A stretch of DNA of 64,000 bases. Origin: Nemertoderma westbladi. Lineage: Eukaryota > Animalia > Xenacoelomorpha. Made by a program: the position numbers and the translations under genes. Position 1 is the stretch's first letter; every line of letters begins with the position of its first letter. The notes beneath the pieces were generated by a model. It was not told the origin of the DNA and did not search any database. It worked only from the letters and a program-made list of their open reading frames with translations. Below are positions 60,625 through 64,000 of this stretch, in pieces. The stretch is taken from positions 124,001 to 188,000 of the forward strand of contig JAUCBJ010007936.1 in the NCBI GenBank assembly GCA_032718475.1, given 5' to 3'.

Positions 60625-63600
60625 CTGCCCTTCTAAGGTAAAAGGTCGCAACTCAATTTTTTCAAATTTTGAGTTAGGGTGCGTAATGGCCGCAGATTAG
60701 CATTGCCAGTCCCTTTGGGTAAGGTAGAGAGCCATATCTTGTAATAATTCACAGTAAAACTGGATACTGCCTTTTACCTTATATGTCATCATAGAATAAT
60801 TTAGTTAGATAGTAAGGTAAACAGCAGTAACTTTTATAGTTTACTGAATACAGTAGTATGGTTAAGATTTTCAGTGGGAAATTCAACCCATGCCATCTAA
60901 GAGCCATACAAGAGCTGTACAACTAGATGACTACAATGTAAACCTAGGCCTGTAACTGTACTTTTAACTTTTTATCAATCTGCATTGCAAATAGACAAAC
61001 AGCCAGATTTCAGCATTTGATTCATTGTCAATTTGGTTCTACTGGTTGTATTTACCAGAACTGACTAAAAACTGATTGTTAGTAAAAATTTCTTTGTTCA
61101 TGATGGCCACCGGTACTTCTCGATCTACCAATAGTGATGAGGATTATAATCCCAACTGGAGTGATCAGTCTAGTGATGAGTCCTTGATTGAGTGATGAGT
61201 ACGATGGAAGATATGCTAGTTTGGAAGAGTTGGAAATGCTGGCCGGCATCCACAGACGTCCAAAAAAACGACCTAAAAAGGGTATCCAATTAAAGACTCC
61301 TGATAGGCCTAATCAGGGCATTGAGACTGATATCGACCGAACAGGCACAATTAGTAACCAACCACCGGTTGATGAGAATGTTAACAATCAAACATGTGAG
61401 AGTGGGACTAGCGGTGACATTGGCAAGGAACCGGGTCAGATTGTAAATGATCAATCAGGTGAGATTGCCGATGACCGAGAGGCGGCCGAGGTGGAAGCTG
61501 CCAATTTTGTTACCGAGAATAGAAAGCGTGCTCCAAAGGGACAGCCGAAAAAAAACGAGCAAATACAATCGAAGAACAGCAAGTTCATGATCGCAGTAAG
61601 CATGCAGTCTTGCCTCCATGTTCGACATCGTGTTACCAAAAGTGTCGTACAAAAATTACTGAAGTTGATCGAGTACAAATTAATAAAGATTACTGGCTCT
61701 TGGGTGTAATAGAGCGACGTCTTTGGATAAGAACAAGTGTTCTTTCCAAAGCCAAAAAGCAGCCTGGATCAAGTGATTCAAGACGATCCCAAATGCTGGA
61801 ATACCACTTCAAAGGTTTAACTGTCTGCAGGAAATTTTTTTTGACAACACTGGGCTATAAGCCTAATAATGATAAGCCAATTACTTCAGCTCTACAGACA
61901 CTGAATTCAGACGGAGATGTTGTTAGAAGGAATCCTGGCTTATCAACCAGTTTGCTTCCAGCACCGGATCGACGTGGTCGCCACAGTCCACCAAACAAGT
62001 TGGACACTGAGAAGATTGTTCAACACATTGAAACGTACCACCCTTGTGCTCCTCATTATAGGCGAGAACATGCTCCGAACAGACGATATCTGCCGGAAGA
62101 CTGTACAACGGAAATTATGCATTCAGATTTTGAGGAAAAACATTTTAAATGCAGCATTGAGATTTACCGCCAAACAATCCGTGAACAGAATATCCGGCAC
62201 ACTAAACTGGGCAGCGAAGAATGTGAAACATGTGAAGAATATGATCAACACAAAAAAGGGAAGAATTGTCAGGGAAATAAAGCTACTGATATAGAAAAGA
62301 ATGAGATTCGAGTTGGTCAAACAAGCGAGAATGAAAATAGGGAGGCAACTGCTGGAGAAAATGCAGTTGAATGCAGCGAGTGTGTTGCCAACCTGATACA
62401 TGTTATGAAATACAAGGAGGCAAGGGCGGCATATAAGGATGATGGGGAGAAAAATATAAATGCCACTGCCGTTGATATGGAAAAGGTGATGATGTTACCT
62501 AGGATGGAGGGATTTAAAATTTGCCTATTCACACGTCGACTTGTAATGTTTCACGAAACTTTTGCTCCCTTACGTGGGAAAGGGACGCCATTTTCGGTCA
62601 TCTGGCATGAGGGTGTTACTGGTCGAGATGCCAGTGATGTTGCCAATGCATTCTGGTTGTATTTTCTCGAAAAGCGCGACATGACAGATATTCTGCTGTG
62701 GCTAGATAACTGTGGTTACCAAAACAAGAACTGGACACTTATTAGTTTGCTGATTCGTGCTGTAAATGGCCCAGAGATCAGTGCTGAAACAATCACACTG
62801 AAATACCTCGAAGCTGGACACACACAGAACGCTTGTGACTCAGTACATGCCACTATTGAGAGAAAGTTACGAGCAAAGGGGAAAGTCTATGATTTTACTG
62901 ATATGGCGGAATGCATTGGCAGTGCAGGTTGTCAAGTTAAAGAAATGACATCCCCAAGTCAGGTAGTGCAGTGGCCAAACAATGTAAGCCAGTATTATCT
63001 GGGCAAATCCACGTGTCGACCTTATTTTGCAAACATGGTATTGCTTCAGGTGCGACGAGGATCAGATTTGCTCTTCTGGATGGAGCGTCACACAGAAAAC
63101 GAATACAAAAGCCATCGAAAAGTACAATTTGTCCAGAATTTAATGAGTCACTTCCTAGCTGTTTGAGCAAAGTTCGGGGAATTCCTGCCGATAAGAAGCA
63201 GGATATCATAACCAACCTATGCCCACTAATGCCTGTAAACAGAATAACGTTTTGGGAAAATTTCCCCACAGGATCTGGGCCCGACTTACAGAAAACTACA
63301 TGAACTGTGTCGAAAATAATCACACCTATTTAGGTACTTATAAACTTAAAACTATTCGGAGATTATCTTTTCTGTTACAGCGTAGACTGGTTTCTGCTCT
63401 GCTCTAGTTATATATAGCGCCACTTTTGTAGTACCAGCACTTAAATAGTGGATTACATTATTAAAAATCGATCAAAAAAATAATTACTGTTTTCTACCTT
63501 ACCACAATTGTTATTATATTGATATTCCATCTAAGGTAAAAGGCAGTATCTCATTTTTCACTTGACTGAGTGATTCATCATTAAAAAGAAATTTACTAGA

Positions 63601-63744
63601 AATTTACTCCCACTTTGTGCTCACAACCCATAAAAAATTATAATTTGAAAGTTATGTGTTTTAAATCAAGAGGTGTGAAAACTTAAATGCGATTTACTCA
63701 AAACTGTCCAAATTGAGATACGGCTTTTTACCTTAGAAGGGCAG
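60625..63744 (+). mobile_element. Sola1-type DNA transposon, full length
   Basis: TIRs CTGCCCTTCTAAGGTAAAA / TTTTACCTTAGAAGGGCAG; 4-bp TSD CGTA (60621-60624, 63745-63748). Confidence 0.85.
61100..63303 (+). pseudogene. Sola1-type transposase with frameshifts (ORFs 61188-61709, 61610-63166, end of 62971-63303)
   Basis: VCRKFFLTTLG, HYRR, CETC, AVDMEKV..LP, WHEG..GR, LWLDNCGYQNKN, YLEAGHT...CDSVHATIE. Confidence 0.8.
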
Positions 63745-64000
63745 CGTAGCTGGTATAACTTCACACGGAAATGGGTTTAAACTCAACCACGTTGAGTGGA
63801 GCGACGAAATGGGCTGGATCAAGAAGAAGCCAGCACCACTGCCGTATCTAAACGTCTCTATTGAGCTACTGGTAAAGGCACATAAGGAAATGCATCAAGA
63901 ATCATCTATAAATCAAGTTAAACGAAGACAAAGCGTGACTATATCAAGTTGTGCTGATACAGGTGCCCAAGTAACTGTTGCTGGACCAGACGTAATGCAA

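Larger units (their letters stand above)
59889..64000 (+). mobile_element. Second Mag-like gypsy element (PBS, deleted gag, protease start), interrupted by Sola1 and running off the right edge
   Basis: Same PBS as at 39556; gag start with CP...C.Y.T...H (60014); knuckles CTYCGQQGH and CLGCSKKGH; CADTGAQVTVAG protease at ~63950-64000. Confidence 0.8.

Overview
Animal (invertebrate-like) eukaryotic DNA made almost entirely of nested transposable elements; I found no host gene, rRNA, tRNA or CRISPR array. 1-2.1 kb is a decayed Chapaev/Transib-like (RAG1-related) transposase. 2.1-35.7 kb is a four-level nest: an old Bel/Pao element (C) was hit by an RTE LINE (TSD TTCTATATA); the LINE was hit by a Bel/Pao element (A; 982-bp LTR, RT deleted); A's 3' LTR was hit by a young, nearly intact 14.2-kb Bel/Pao element (B; 547-bp LTRs, TSD TTCCG). 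The right half holds a hammerhead-containing palindrome, a hAT-like MITE, a full-length Mag-type Ty3/gypsy element, a Penelope fragment, a second LINE, piggyBac, P-element, Sola2 and Sola1 transposons and a second Mag-type gypsy. Main observation: A and B have unrelated LTRs and divergent pol, yet both carry at the env position a homologous ~850-codon cargo gene. It encodes a WRN/EXD/MUT-7-type DEDDy 3'-5' exonuclease domain joined by a disordered linker to a triple Cys/His zinc-knuckle module, and is preceded by a tandem-repeat spacer and a splice-acceptor-like site. Element A also has a 24-nt GAAA-tetraloop hairpin motif in both LTRs, in gag and in the cargo gene (different reading frames), and B inserted exactly into one copy. 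Family assignments come from motif recognition only; no database search was possible.
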